A DNA stretch of 64,000 nt, taken from contig CAWETL010000003.1 of the NCBI GenBank assembly GCA_963812085.1, positions 346,642 to 410,641 on the forward strand, given 5' to 3'. Origin of the DNA: an uncultured Gemmatimonadales bacterium (GTDB lineage: Bacteria; Gemmatimonadota; Gemmatimonadetes; Gemmatimonadales; GWC2-71-9). Below are positions 51,301-60,447 of this stretch, in pieces; positions within the stretch are counted from its first letter, which is position 1, and every line of letters begins with the position of its first letter. The notes below the pieces were generated by a model. That model did no database searches and was not told the origin of the DNA. It was given only the letters and a program-made list of their open reading frames with translations. The position numbers were made by a program, and so were the translations under genes.

Positions 51301-51811
51301 GGTACAGGCCGATCCCCGCGGCCTCCTCGAACAGCGACCGCCGCTCGTCGGCGCGGTCGGAGAGGAGGAGGTCGATCATCTTGGCCTCGATCACCACCCC
51401 CGCGTCCCCGCCAAGTCCGGTGCCACGGAGCAGGTCCTGGATGTCGCGCAGGCGGACAGGGGCACGGTTGAGGAGGTACTCGCTGTGCCCCGACCGGGAG
51501 AGCCGCCGGGTGATCTGCACTTCCTGGTACGCGATCGGAAGCGTGCCGTCGCTGTTGTCGAGATAGAGGGACACCTCGGTCACGTTCACCGGGCGGCGTC
51601 CGGCGGCCCCCTGGAAGATGACGTCCTCCATCTTGCCGCCGCGAAGCAGCCGGGCCGACTGCTCGCCGAGCACCCAGCGCACCGCGTCACTCACGTTCGA
51701 CTTGCCGCAGCCGTTCGGGCCGACGATGGCGGTGACGCCCTCCTCGAACGTCAGGGTCACCGTGTCGGCGAACGACTTGAAGCCGGACAACTCGAGCTTG
51801 GAGAGCTTCAT
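48341..51811 (-). CDS. smc: Chromosome segregation protein SMC
   Basis: GFKSFAD; GPNGCGKSN; long coiled coils and hinge; LSSGE; DEVDAPLD; ITH. Confidence 0.96.
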   Translation of the reverse strand: MKLSKLELSGFKSFADTVTLTFEEGVTAIVGPNGCGKSNVSDAVRWVLGEQSARLLRGGKMEDVIFQGAAGRRPVNVTEVSLYLDNSDGTLPIAYQEVQITRRLSRSGHSEYLLNRAPVRLRDIQDLLRGTGLGGDAGVVIEAKMIDLLLSDRADERRSLFEEAAGIGLYRDRKHSTERRLEETALDLQRVEDLVAEVQSQLRSLARQRGRAERHAKLTEEKFAVQLTLARRHLDRLSGEVRDKEARHAELSGTLPERREALAAVEVEREEAARRRAAAEAARTDIARRLGEVRVNLGRLEGDLNLAAERLANASNRRVRAIEERGAMEQRAQQAARERDAALQERDAAQADYDRIQGELQGRASVEDAVRSRLTEQRAQVRQLEEELQRQAQTLRSLEGERTALETDLVALRDRATQAAALRDSLRQELDAATHRRDALATEADRLVAAHRSAAAEAERARHLLAETREHEAMARSDRRRAEETVAQHAARHEALAELERDRVGLAPGAAALLAARARFGGGVLGPLSDFLRTGADDAELAEKLLGEWVHAVLVRDEATVRDVQRWHAETDPGAIVLLSAERGPARDGGTHPLEHVLRVEDPSAARWVRALLGGSEVLDPTGRALRRSNGAVLLSGIGAPSGPLRRRAELESLGGDLRSARETLAAAEAAVSATVARLGELERGLSSATELADRAREAERLGAAARADAERLVETRTRELQESDAQVARVSERLAASEARLRDVDTALTEGELAKVRLDESLGEGRARLAELEAEQESAREQRVHWQVQLAHVEARLLGARERLARAEHLGTEAAGSAAALAGELTQLEDDAALIGAQQNVWQEERAERRVTLLELEAAAADAEGALSVADEALLGTERQLHDDRDGLERSTEEHHRLQLELSEAGAERRRIVERVETEWKRPIDQLFDGAPFLDLDLETLEAESARIAGALESIGVVNPLAVEEYVEESKRLEFLAAQRDDLVAARQSLQQAIREIDGTAEAMFLTTFTAVRANFLTVFQTLFGGGECDLRLADEADPLESEIEIHAAPRGKRTQRIHLLSSGERTLVAVSLLFSIYLTKPSPFCLMDEVDAPLDDSNVGRFTRLLDEFKHSSQFLVITHNPRTMQSADAVYGVTMQEPGVSTIVGVRLGEAAV

Positions 51812-51833
51812 GGGGGAGATCCCGGGGGAGCGA

Positions 51834-53249
51834 CTACGGTTGATAGATGAAGGACGGGCGGCCCAGCCGCCGGCCGGCCGATTCGGCCGCCTCGCGAGTG
51901 GGGTAGGGCCCCACCACGACGCGGAACGCTTCCTCGCCAGGCTTCGGGTCGAGGACGAGCGCCGGGAATCCGTTGCCCCGGATCTCGTCGGCCAGCGCGT
52001 GGGCCCATGCCGGGTTTTGCGACCGGCTCACCTGCAGGAACGTCAGGATCGCCGCCCCGGCTGGGCCGCTGGTGTCCGGGCCGGAGACGGCCGGGGCCGC
52101 CGGGCGAAGTGAATCGGGCGCGGCGCTCGTCGCGACGGCCTCGGCGGGCCGGTTGGCGGCGGGGAGCCACGGCACCGGCAGGTAGAGGTCGCCTGCGCCG
52201 CCCTTGATGCGCCCCACCTCGGGAAACCCCTCACTGTGGAGGTCGAGGGCCACGACGTCGCCGCCCCGTCGGACCAGGAGCGTGCCCTCACCCAGCACGG
52301 TGGGAAGATCGGCGTTCCACGGGGCCTCGATCTCGCCGGCGTATTTTCCGGTGGCGAGGTCGACGATCCAGATGGTGTCCCCCTTCTCGGGACGGGCCAG
52401 CAGCCAGGCGCCGTAGGGGGCCACCCGGAGGAAGGCGGCGGCTCCGGGTATCGATATGTCGTCGAGGCGGTTGCCGCTGTAGCGGTCGATCACCGCCAGG
52501 TCTTCGGATTCGCGACCGACGTAGATCCGGTGCCCGGACGCGGAGAATCTGATCACCCGCGGCGTGCCGCTGATCCGGACCCGCCGCATCGGGGTGCCGC
52601 TCTTGGGGTCCCACAGATACACCCCGCTCGACGCGGCCACGGCAAGGAGATCTCCCCAGGGGGATGCCGCCGTGACGGCGCCGGGAAGCGGCTCGCTGGC
52701 CCCGGGCTGGAGCCCGGCCACCAGCAGCGCCCGGGCACTGTCCCCACCCTCGACGGCGAGCAGCTGGCGGTCTCCCGTGCCATAGAGGGCGACCGGCCGG
52801 CCGGGGAGCGCGGCGTCGAGGCGGTCGGCGAACCGCCGCCGCACGCGCACCACGCCGTTCTGGTCGTCCACCACCCAGAGGGTGCCTTCCGGCCCGAGGG
52901 CGACGCCCCGCACGTCCTTGGTCAGGACCCGCGCCGTGCCCGTGGTCACGTCGAGCCCCTGCAGGTTCCTGGCGGAGTCCACCGCGTAGGCCAGTTCCTG
53001 GTCGAGGTCGAACCCGACGGCAAGCTGCATGGCGGGCAGGCGGCCGCGGGCACGCCAGCCCAGGTCGGCGAGCGCCGGCGTCGAGTAGAAACGCGGGTTA
53101 CCGCCGGCTCGCGGCAGGCGGAGCAGGCTGGTGCTGGGGACGGCTTGGGCGGCGGGCGGCAGGGTGCCGGCAGGAGCTCCGGTCCCTCCCTGGCAGGCCA
53201 TGAGGCCCAGCGCGAGGGTGGCGAGGCCGTGCAGTCGGGGGGATCTCAC
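51834..53249 (-). CDS. SPOR-domain lipoprotein with beta-propeller-like body
   Basis: LGLMAC lipobox; C-terminal FLQV...N..WA..L...FRVVVGPY.TRE.AE; TATTTT 6 nt upstream of GTG. Confidence 0.75.
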   Translation of the reverse strand: MRSPRLHGLATLALGLMACQGGTGAPAGTLPPAAQAVPSTSLLRLPRAGGNPRFYSTPALADLGWRARGRLPAMQLAVGFDLDQELAYAVDSARNLQGLDVTTGTARVLTKDVRGVALGPEGTLWVVDDQNGVVRVRRRFADRLDAALPGRPVALYGTGDRQLLAVEGGDSARALLVAGLQPGASEPLPGAVTAASPWGDLLAVAASSGVYLWDPKSGTPMRRVRISGTPRVIRFSASGHRIYVGRESEDLAVIDRYSGNRLDDISIPGAAAFLRVAPYGAWLLARPEKGDTIWIVDLATGKYAGEIEAPWNADLPTVLGEGTLLVRRGGDVVALDLHSEGFPEVGRIKGGAGDLYLPVPWLPAANRPAEAVATSAAPDSLRPAAPAVSGPDTSGPAGAAILTFLQVSRSQNPAWAHALADEIRGNGFPALVLDPKPGEEAFRVVVGPYPTREAAESAGRRLGRPSFIYQP

Positions 53250-53314
53250 GCGCCAAAAATAGGCGCCTTGCGGGGTGGGGGCCAGACCGCGGGGCGCCGG
53301 AGTTCCGGCTGGTC

Positions 53315-56300
53315 TCAGAACGGCGGGCCGATGCTGATGGTCCAGTAGGGCGGGATTCCCCGGCCTTGCGGGAACGCGTAGTCGGCCCGGAGGATCATGT
53401 AGCCGAAGAGGTTCATTCGCAGGCCGAACCCGAAGCTGGTGACGGGCGTCCTGGTCGCCAGCTGCTGCGCCGGCGTGTCCGAGGGATTCACCCGGAAGGC
53501 GACGGTGTTGAAGTTGTTCCAAGCCACGCCGTAGTCGATCCAGGCCACGCCGTCCACGTAGGGCAGGCCCCGGGGACCGATCCCGAGGTACGAATTGACC
53601 ACGGGGAACCGGAGTTCGAGGTTGCCCACCGCGATCTCGGTGCCGACCATCTGGTCCAGCGCGCGGCAGCCCGTGACCGAGTTGATGCCGCCGCTGGTGG
53701 TGGTGCATTCGTAGCGGTAGTAGGACCCGGACGTCCGCCCCCGCACGAGATCGGTGCTCCCGAGGAAAAAGAGCTGCTGGTCGGCCTCGGGTCCGCGGCG
53801 GCCGGAGTACAGCGCGCGCGCCGCCAGGATGATCGGGCCCTTGAGGGGGATGTACTTGCGGTAGTCCGCCAGGAGCTGCGAGACGTTCCACCCGCCCATC
53901 GTCCTGGCCACCTCGAGCCGGTACCGGGTGCCGAACAGCGGGCCGATCCACCCCATGAAGGTCGCGTCGTAGACCAGCGCGAGCGAGGGCACCAGGACCT
54001 TTTCGCCGGGGGCGTACACCGTGACCTGCTCGGGGTTGCGGCTCTGCGCCCCGGTGGCGGCGTAGTAGTACTGGATGTAGCTCAGCATGGCGTCGTCGAC
54101 CTGGCCGGCGCCGAGCCCCAGTTCGATCCGCTGGAACCGGTTCAGGTTGTAGAACGCGCGCCCGAAAATCGAGCGGTACGTGATGAGTCGCGTGCTCGTC
54201 ACGTAGGCGTTCTCCCCGGGCGTCGGCGTGTCGCGGAAGACGTAGGCCGGCTCGACGTAGTAGGACGGGGTCTGCTGGAAGCCGACCGCCCAGTTCAGCC
54301 GCCTCGACATGTTCGCGTACGCCGCCAGGAAGTCGCCCTGGTTGAGCGAGCCGTTGATATAGGCGGAGAGGATGATCTGCTCGTCCCCGAGGATGTCCCC
54401 GAAGGAGATCGCGCCGCCGCCGTAGATGCCGTTCCCGAAATTGTCGCGGGTGTAGCCCACCGACGGCCGCGCCGAGGTCTCCGGCGTGAATCGCCGCTCG
54501 TAGGGGCCGACGGTGAAGGCGCTCGTGTCCGGCAGGTCGAGGGTCGCCGAATCGAGCAGGGCCATCACCGTCAGCTCACCCTTGCGCCTGCCCGCGGTGT
54601 CGGTGACCACCGGGGCCGCGGCCGCCGCGCGGAACCCGGTGGGCGTCCGGTAGATCGAGCCACCTTCGCGCGCCTGGGGCACGCCCGGGACGACGGGGGC
54701 GGCCGCGGTATCCGCAGGGGACTTCACCGCGGCGGTGTCGCCGCGGGGCCTGACGGAGTCGGCCGGAGCCGGGGCGAGCGCCACCGCCGCCGGGGTGGTG
54801 TCCGGGCGGGCGGCCGCGACGGCGGCCGCCTCCGGCGCGCGGTAGGGCTCCCCTTTGAGCGCCCGGGGATTCTGGATGGTGTAGACGTCGTTGTTCTGAT
54901 TTTCGAAGTACACGAACGCCAGGCGGTCCACGTCGCGGGCCCAGCTGAGGGCGGGAGAGAGCGGCGTGGCGGACTGCGCCCCGGTGAACAGGTTGGTCAG
55001 CTGGTAGACGTCGCCGCCCAGCTCGTACAGGAAGATGTTGGCGATCCCGGTCCGGTCGGAGACGAACGCGAACGACTTCCCGTCGGGCGCCCACTGCGGG
55101 CTGATGTTGCGCCCGGCCTCCATGTGGGGCAGCAACTGGCGCTGGTCGGTGTCGAGGTCGAACAGCGCCACGCGGAGGTTGCCGAAGCTGAGGTCGGTGA
55201 AGTTCGTCTCCGGACCCTCGTCGGTCACGTATGCGATGGTGTGCCCGTCGGGCGACCACGCCGGCATGAGCTGGGCGTACTTGTCGTTGGTGAGCTGCCG
55301 GAGCCCGGTGCCGTCGGCGTTGACGACGAAGAGGTCCGAGATGCCGCCGTTCTGGCCGCTGAACGCCAGCTGCTTGCCGTCGGGGCTGAACACCGGCGAC
55401 GTGACCCCGTTCAGGTCCACGTGGATCCGCCGGACCGCCTTGGACTTCCTCGGGTCGAAGACGATGATGTCGTCGTAGTCCTTGGCCTTGGCCGCGAAGA
55501 CCAGGTACTTGCTGTCCGGCGACCACGAGGCGGTGCTGCTGAGATAGCGGAAGGTCTCGTAGTTGGCGTCGAAGACGGACTTGGCGAGGCGCTTGACGAC
55601 CTTGCCGGTCACGCCGTCGGCCAGGTAGAAGTCGATGAAAAAGAAATTCCGCTCGCTCAGGTACGCGATCTGCTTTCCGTCGGGCGAGAGGGCGGGCGCC
55701 ACGTGCAGGGTGCCCTCGGAAATCTCCTTCGTGAGGAGCGGCTTGCCCACCGCGGAGGCCAGCTGCTTGGAGGCCACGTCCGGGAGGTAGGTCTTCTGGA
55801 CCCAGTCGCGCCACTGGACCGAGAGCTGCGCCAGGCTGATGCCGAGCACCCGCTGGAACGCCCCTTCCACGCCGCCCCCGCCGAGCGTGGCCGCCAGGAT
55901 CGCGCCCACCGCCTCGTCTCCCCACCGCATCCCGATGTAGGCCCAGAGGGCGTGGCCGTACCGGTAGGGGAAGATGTAGGGGTCGTAGGTCAGCTGCTGG
56001 ATGGTCGGCAGCTTGCCCTGCAGCACGGCGTCCCGAAGCCACATCGCGGTTTCGGGGGTGATCTGGCCGAGCGAGAGGTACTCCGCCATGCCCTCGGCGA
56101 ACCAGAGCGGCGGGTTGACCTGGATGATCGTGGCGACGCCGGCGCCGGCCTTTCCGTGCGACCACACGTCGTACTGGAACTGGTGCACCATTTCGTGGGT
56201 GAGAACGTGCTCGAAGTCGCGGTAGGCGCCGGTGAACGGCATGATGGCGCGGTGCTTCATGAAGTCGGTCACGCCGCCCGTCGCCTCGCTGATGTCACCG

Positions 56301-56599
56301 CCGAGGGCGTTGGTCTCCGAGAAATCGGAGTGGGAGGCGTACAGGATGATCGGCTTCTTCTCGATGAACTGGTGGTTCAGGATCCGCGAGAGCTGGCCGT
56401 AGGCGCGCTCGGCCATCCGGCCCGCGTCGAGCGACGCCTCCCGCTCCCGCGGGTAGAAGTAGATGTCGAAATGCTGGGTGTGGATGATCTCGAACTCGAA
56501 CTTCTCGTACTTGACGCGGTTCTGCCCGAAATACTGCGCCGACGCGGTGGCCGGAAGGACCGCGAGCAGGGAGAGCAGAAGGATCGACCGCAGAGTCAT
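53315..56599 (-). CDS. Omp85/BamA-superfamily protein with N-terminal zincin-like domain and PD40 propeller
   Basis: YFGQNRV.Y; HEMVH...WF.EG.AEY; repeated P..SPDGK; G...VRG; N.ELRFP; G.GLR...LR.DYA; C-terminal F. Confidence 0.85.
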   Translation of the reverse strand: MTLRSILLLSLLAVLPATASAQYFGQNRVKYEKFEFEIIHTQHFDIYFYPREREASLDAGRMAERAYGQLSRILNHQFIEKKPIILYASHSDFSETNALGGDISEATGGVTDFMKHRAIMPFTGAYRDFEHVLTHEMVHQFQYDVWSHGKAGAGVATIIQVNPPLWFAEGMAEYLSLGQITPETAMWLRDAVLQGKLPTIQQLTYDPYIFPYRYGHALWAYIGMRWGDEAVGAILAATLGGGGVEGAFQRVLGISLAQLSVQWRDWVQKTYLPDVASKQLASAVGKPLLTKEISEGTLHVAPALSPDGKQIAYLSERNFFFIDFYLADGVTGKVVKRLAKSVFDANYETFRYLSSTASWSPDSKYLVFAAKAKDYDDIIVFDPRKSKAVRRIHVDLNGVTSPVFSPDGKQLAFSGQNGGISDLFVVNADGTGLRQLTNDKYAQLMPAWSPDGHTIAYVTDEGPETNFTDLSFGNLRVALFDLDTDQRQLLPHMEAGRNISPQWAPDGKSFAFVSDRTGIANIFLYELGGDVYQLTNLFTGAQSATPLSPALSWARDVDRLAFVYFENQNNDVYTIQNPRALKGEPYRAPEAAAVAAARPDTTPAAVALAPAPADSVRPRGDTAAVKSPADTAAAPVVPGVPQAREGGSIYRTPTGFRAAAAAPVVTDTAGRRKGELTVMALLDSATLDLPDTSAFTVGPYERRFTPETSARPSVGYTRDNFGNGIYGGGAISFGDILGDEQIILSAYINGSLNQGDFLAAYANMSRRLNWAVGFQQTPSYYVEPAYVFRDTPTPGENAYVTSTRLITYRSIFGRAFYNLNRFQRIELGLGAGQVDDAMLSYIQYYYAATGAQSRNPEQVTVYAPGEKVLVPSLALVYDATFMGWIGPLFGTRYRLEVARTMGGWNVSQLLADYRKYIPLKGPIILAARALYSGRRGPEADQQLFFLGSTDLVRGRTSGSYYRYECTTTSGGINSVTGCRALDQMVGTEIAVGNLELRFPVVNSYLGIGPRGLPYVDGVAWIDYGVAWNNFNTVAFRVNPSDTPAQQLATRTPVTSFGFGLRMNLFGYMILRADYAFPQGRGIPPYWTISIGPPF

Positions 56600-56615
56600 G
56601 GCGAACCGGTGGCGG

Positions 56616-56972
56616 TTATGGCCGCGGCGTGAAGGTCGGTGCATCGTCCCAGAGGCGCTCCAGCTGGTAGAACGCGCGCGCCTCGGGGTGGAACAGGTGG
56701 ACCACGAAGTCCACGAAATCGAGCAGTACCCAGCGGCCGCCCGGCAGCCCCTCGACGTGGTGCGGGTGCTGGCCGATCCGGCCCAGCGCGTCGAGGACGG
56801 CGTTGGCGATGCCGCGCACGTGGGCGTCGGAGGTGCCGGAGCCCACCAGGAAGAAGTCGGTGCCGTCCTGCAGGCCGCGCAGGTCCAGCACCACCAGGTC
56901 CCGCGCCTTCAGGCCGTCGGCCGCCGTGATCGCGGCGCGCAGCGCCGCGGGAAGGGCCTGCCCCCGCGTCAC
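56616..56972 (-). CDS. rsfS: Ribosome silencing factor RsfS
   Basis: KA.D.VVLDL; D.F...SG.S..HV..IA; EG....WVL.DF.D.VVH.F....R.FY.LE.LW. Confidence 0.95.
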   Translation of the reverse strand: MTRGQALPAALRAAITAADGLKARDLVVLDLRGLQDGTDFFLVGSGTSDAHVRGIANAVLDALGRIGQHPHHVEGLPGGRWVLLDFVDFVVHLFHPEARAFYQLERLWDDAPTFTPRP

Positions 56973-58810
56973 GCGGGACTCCTCGGGTTCGGCGGGGCGG
57001 GCGGGGTGCCGTCCTCGATCTGGTAGAACACCGCCCACGCCCCCTCGCCGACATGGGTGCCCAGCACCCCCGTGGCGAGCGACACGAAGCAGTCCCGCGG
57101 CTGGTAGGCGGCCACCAGCGCGTTCCGCACCCGCTCGGCCACGTCCGGCGCCATGGCGTGCACCACCCCGAAGCGCAACTGCCTGGGCCGAGGCTGGAGC
57201 CGCCGGTCGAGGAGCTCGAGCACCTTGGCCACCAGCTGCTCGCGTCCGCGCGCCCGATCGACCGGAACCACCTTGCCTGCACCGTCGAGGGAGAGGATCG
57301 GCTTGACGTCCAGGAGGCCGCCGATCCACGCCTTGCCGCGGCTCACCCGGCCGCTGCGGAGCAGGTTGTCGAACTTGTCCACCGTCAGGAACACGCCCGA
57401 CTGGTCCCGCACCCGCTCCAGTTCGGTCGCGATGGCCGCGGCAGGCCAGTCCTGCTCCGCCAACTCGGCCCCCCGAAGCGCCAGGAGCCCGGACCCCAGC
57501 GACGCGGAGCGGCTGTCGACCAGCCGGACGTTGGTGAGGCCCCCCGCGCGAATGGCCGCGGCACCGGAGCTGAACGTGCCGGAGAGCCCCGAGGAGACCA
57601 GCACCGCCACCACTTCGTCGGCCTGGTGCCGCGCCTCCCGGAAGACCCGGACGAAGTCGGCGACCGTCGGCTGCGAGGTCGAGGGGGGCTTGGCGGAGGT
57701 CCGCATCCGCCGGTAGAACTCCTCCGGCTTGAGCTCCACCCGGTCGAGGAGGACTTCATCGCCGAAGATGACCTGCAGCGGCACCAGTGAGATGCCGTGG
57801 CGGTCGAGCACGGCGTCGGGCAGGTCCGCGGCGCTGTCGGTCACCATCGCCACCCGCCGCTGGACGCCGTGCTTCAGGCCCCGGTGCTGGGCCCGCATGT
57901 CCTCGGCCTTCGACTTTTCCAGGGCTCCCCAGCGGGAGACAAAGGTAAAGACGGCGTCCGGGGTGTCGGTATGCACATGGGCATGGAGGATGTCGCCCAT
58001 GACCGCCACGACCAGCGATCCGCCGAACGGCCGCAGCGCGGCCCGGACCTCGTTGGCCGGCGGCAGTTGCTCCCCCCGGACGACCACCTCGGTGCAGAAC
58101 TGGAAGTCCCGTTCGGCGGCAACCTCCGCGTCGGCGGCGGGGATGGCGTACTCCCCCGTGGTCCCCGGCTCGACGGGCAGGATCGGGTCGCCGTCGATGA
58201 ACCGGACGACGCCCTCGATCATCCGCATGAAGCCCATGCCGCCGGCGTCGACGACGCCCGCTTCCTTGAGCACCGCCATCAGTTCGGGGGTCCGGGAAAG
58301 GGCCGCCTCGCCCTCCGCGTACATGCGGCGCATGAACTCCGTGAGGTCGGGGGAACTGGCGGCGGCCCGTTCCGCGGCGGCGGCGGCCTCCCGCGCCACG
58401 GTGAGGATGGTGCCTTCGCGCGGGTCGTCGAGGGCGCCGTAGAGCCTGTTGGCACCGTTGGTCACCGCCGCCGCCACGTCGGCCGGGGTAGCGGCCTCGC
58501 GGGCCCCGAGCGATTCGGCGAACCCCATCAGGAAATGGGCGAGCATCATCCCGGAATTGCCGCGGGCGCCGAGGACGGCGGCCCGCGCGGCCGTGGTGGC
58601 CGTCACCGGAAGCGGCGCGTCGCCGAGCGCCCGGAGGGCGTCGGCGACGGCACGGAGCGTCAGGCTGAAGTTGGTGCCCGTGTCGCCGTCGGGAACGGGA
58701 AACACGTTGATGCGGTTGATCTCTTCCCGCCCGGCCGCGACCCAGTCCGACGCCGCATAGAGCGACCGGGCGAGCCGGGGCCCGTCCATGTAGGCGATGC
58801 CTACACCCAC
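56969..58810 (-). CDS. DAK2 (FakA)-DegV (FakB) fusion, fatty-acid kinase-like
   Basis: IN.INVFPVPDGDTGTN; GARGNSG; EGTILTV; VVDAGG; CTE; H.HT; then DegV TDS.ADL, TSQP, SS.LSGT, DS, L.VKP, HVG. Confidence 0.9.
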   Translation of the reverse strand: MGVGIAYMDGPRLARSLYAASDWVAAGREEINRINVFPVPDGDTGTNFSLTLRAVADALRALGDAPLPVTATTAARAAVLGARGNSGMMLAHFLMGFAESLGAREAATPADVAAAVTNGANRLYGALDDPREGTILTVAREAAAAAERAAASSPDLTEFMRRMYAEGEAALSRTPELMAVLKEAGVVDAGGMGFMRMIEGVVRFIDGDPILPVEPGTTGEYAIPAADAEVAAERDFQFCTEVVVRGEQLPPANEVRAALRPFGGSLVVAVMGDILHAHVHTDTPDAVFTFVSRWGALEKSKAEDMRAQHRGLKHGVQRRVAMVTDSAADLPDAVLDRHGISLVPLQVIFGDEVLLDRVELKPEEFYRRMRTSAKPPSTSQPTVADFVRVFREARHQADEVVAVLVSSGLSGTFSSGAAAIRAGGLTNVRLVDSRSASLGSGLLALRGAELAEQDWPAAAIATELERVRDQSGVFLTVDKFDNLLRSGRVSRGKAWIGGLLDVKPILSLDGAGKVVPVDRARGREQLVAKVLELLDRRLQPRPRQLRFGVVHAMAPDVAERVRNALVAAYQPRDCFVSLATGVLGTHVGEGAWAVFYQIEDGTPPAPPNPRSPA

Positions 58811-58823
58811 CGCGGGACGGCCC

Positions 58824-59270
58824 TTATTCCGCAGCGACCGTAACGCGCACGTCGGCGTGCACCTCGGGATGCAGGCGGACGACGATCGTGTGCTCGCCGA
58901 GGGCCTTGATGGGGTGCGCCAGCTCGATCTTGCGCTTGTCCACCGTGTGCCCCTGGGCGGCGAGCCCCTCGGCGAGGTCCTGCGTGGTGATCGACCCGAA
59001 GAGCTTGCCCTCTTCGCCCGCCTTGCGGGTGAAGCTCAGCATGACGGCCGACAGCGCGGAGGCGACGGCCTGGGCGGCGTCCTTTTCCGCGGCGAGCCGC
59101 ACGGTGCGGGCCCGGTTCTCGGCCACGATGCGCTTCTTGTTGCCCTCGGTGGCCTCGTACGCGAGGCCCTTCGGCAGCAGGAAATTGCGGGCATACCCCG
59201 GCTTGACGCGCACGAGGTCTCCGGCCTTGCCGAGCGACTTGATGTCGTCGCGCAGAATCACTTCCATCAT
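58824..59270 (-). CDS. rplI: 50S ribosomal protein L9
   Basis: MEVIL..D...LG..GD.V.VKPGYARNFLLP.G; GKLFGSIT. Confidence 0.97.
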   Translation of the reverse strand: MMEVILRDDIKSLGKAGDLVRVKPGYARNFLLPKGLAYEATEGNKKRIVAENRARTVRLAAEKDAAQAVASALSAVMLSFTRKAGEEGKLFGSITTQDLAEGLAAQGHTVDKRKIELAHPIKALGEHTIVVRLHPEVHADVRVTVAAE

Positions 59271-60229
59271 CGGTCCAACCCTCCGGGAATCGGCGGCCTG
59301 CGCCGCCGGAAATCGAGCCAGGTATCCGCCAGGCCGAGGAGCGTGAGCCCGCCCAGCGCAAACGGGAACAGGAACAGGGAGCCGACGACCAGCATCCCGA
59401 CGAACAGGCGGGGCGCCCGCCCCACCGACGTGGCGAGCACCGCGGCCCCGCGCAACGCATACAGCCCGACGCCGAAGGCCAGCACGCTGGCGGCGGGGCC
59501 GGCCGCCGGCGTGGCGCCGGCGAAGAGCACCCCGACGAGGCCGAGGATCACGAGCCACACGAGGTGGTCGTTGTACCGGAACTCCCGAAACGGGCCGGGC
59601 GCTGGGGCGACCGACCGGCCGGCGATCCGGGGAGCGAGCATCGCCGCCAGGCAGAGCCCGGCGAACAGCACCAGCGCCAGGATCCCGGGGAAGTAGGGCG
59701 CGAACTGCACGAGTGCGTCGCCCACGGTGCGCAGCGATTCGAGCGTCGCCGCGTCAGGCGCCGTGCCGCCCCGGCTCAGGAACTGCTCGGCCAGCCGCTC
59801 CGACGCCATCCACTGCCGGCCGAACGCCATTTCCACGTCGTGCCACCGCAGGCCGACGATGGCGGCCAGCGCGGTCGTCCCCGCCGCCACGATGGCCGTG
59901 CCGCGGAGCGCGCGGGTGGACACCGGACCCGACCCCGTCATCAGGACCATGGCCCCGACCCCGGTGGCGAGCGCCGCCGCGGCCCGCGCCACCCCTTCCA
60001 GCAGCCCGCCCGGCAGTGCCGCCCACAGCGCCAGCCAGACCGTGAGCCCGACCAGCCAGATCCACACCCGGCGCCCTTCGGGGCGACTGGCCGCGACCAG
60101 CACGGTCAGGGGCCCGAAGAGAAACGCCGTCATGACGGGCCACGTGAACAGCACGTACGCCGCGACTGCCAAGCGAGCCCCGAGCGACAGCGCCTGCCCG
60201 CCCGGGGACCGCTCTGCGACGCTGGTCAG
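59267..60229 (-). CDS. DUF2232/YybS-like membrane protein; start uncertain
   Basis: Multi-TM; F..FR..D.L.W; Y.L.G..V; GL.DTW.DFR.R; between rpsR and rplI; CTG 60229 or TTG 60172 start. Confidence 0.78.
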   Translation of the reverse strand: MTSVAERSPGGQALSLGARLAVAAYVLFTWPVMTAFLFGPLTVLVAASRPEGRRVWIWLVGLTVWLALWAALPGGLLEGVARAAAALATGVGAMVLMTGSGPVSTRALRGTAIVAAGTTALAAIVGLRWHDVEMAFGRQWMASERLAEQFLSRGGTAPDAATLESLRTVGDALVQFAPYFPGILALVLFAGLCLAAMLAPRIAGRSVAPAPGPFREFRYNDHLVWLVILGLVGVLFAGATPAAGPAASVLAFGVGLYALRGAAVLATSVGRAPRLFVGMLVVGSLFLFPFALGGLTLLGLADTWLDFRRRRPPIPGGLDR

Positions 60230-60447
60230 CCGCCGTGACCCTTCAGGTAGGGCAGGAGGGCCAGCACCCGCGCCCGCTTGATCGCGGTGCTGAGCTGACG
60301 CTGATGCCGGGCGCACGTGCCCGACAGCCGGCTCGGCAGGATCTTGCCGCGCTCGGACAGGAAACGTGACAGGGTCCGCTCATCCTTGAAATCCACGACT
60401 CGCACGCCGGACTCGCAGATCGAGCAGGTCTTCTGTGGGCGCCTCAT
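60226..60447 (-). CDS. rpsR: 30S ribosomal protein S18 (Zn-ribbon form)
   Basis: C..C; DFKD...L..F.SERGKILP.R.SG.C..HQR....AIKRAR..ALLPY. Confidence 0.97.
   Translation of the reverse strand: MRRPQKTCSICESGVRVVDFKDERTLSRFLSERGKILPSRLSGTCARHQRQLSTAIKRARVLALLPYLKGHGG

Noticed and set aside
48446-51850. 1134-aa plus-strand ORF
   Set aside because: Antisense shadow of smc caused by high-GC codon bias; no motifs.
53366-56632. 1088-aa plus-strand ORF
   Set aside because: Antisense shadow of the Omp85-family gene.
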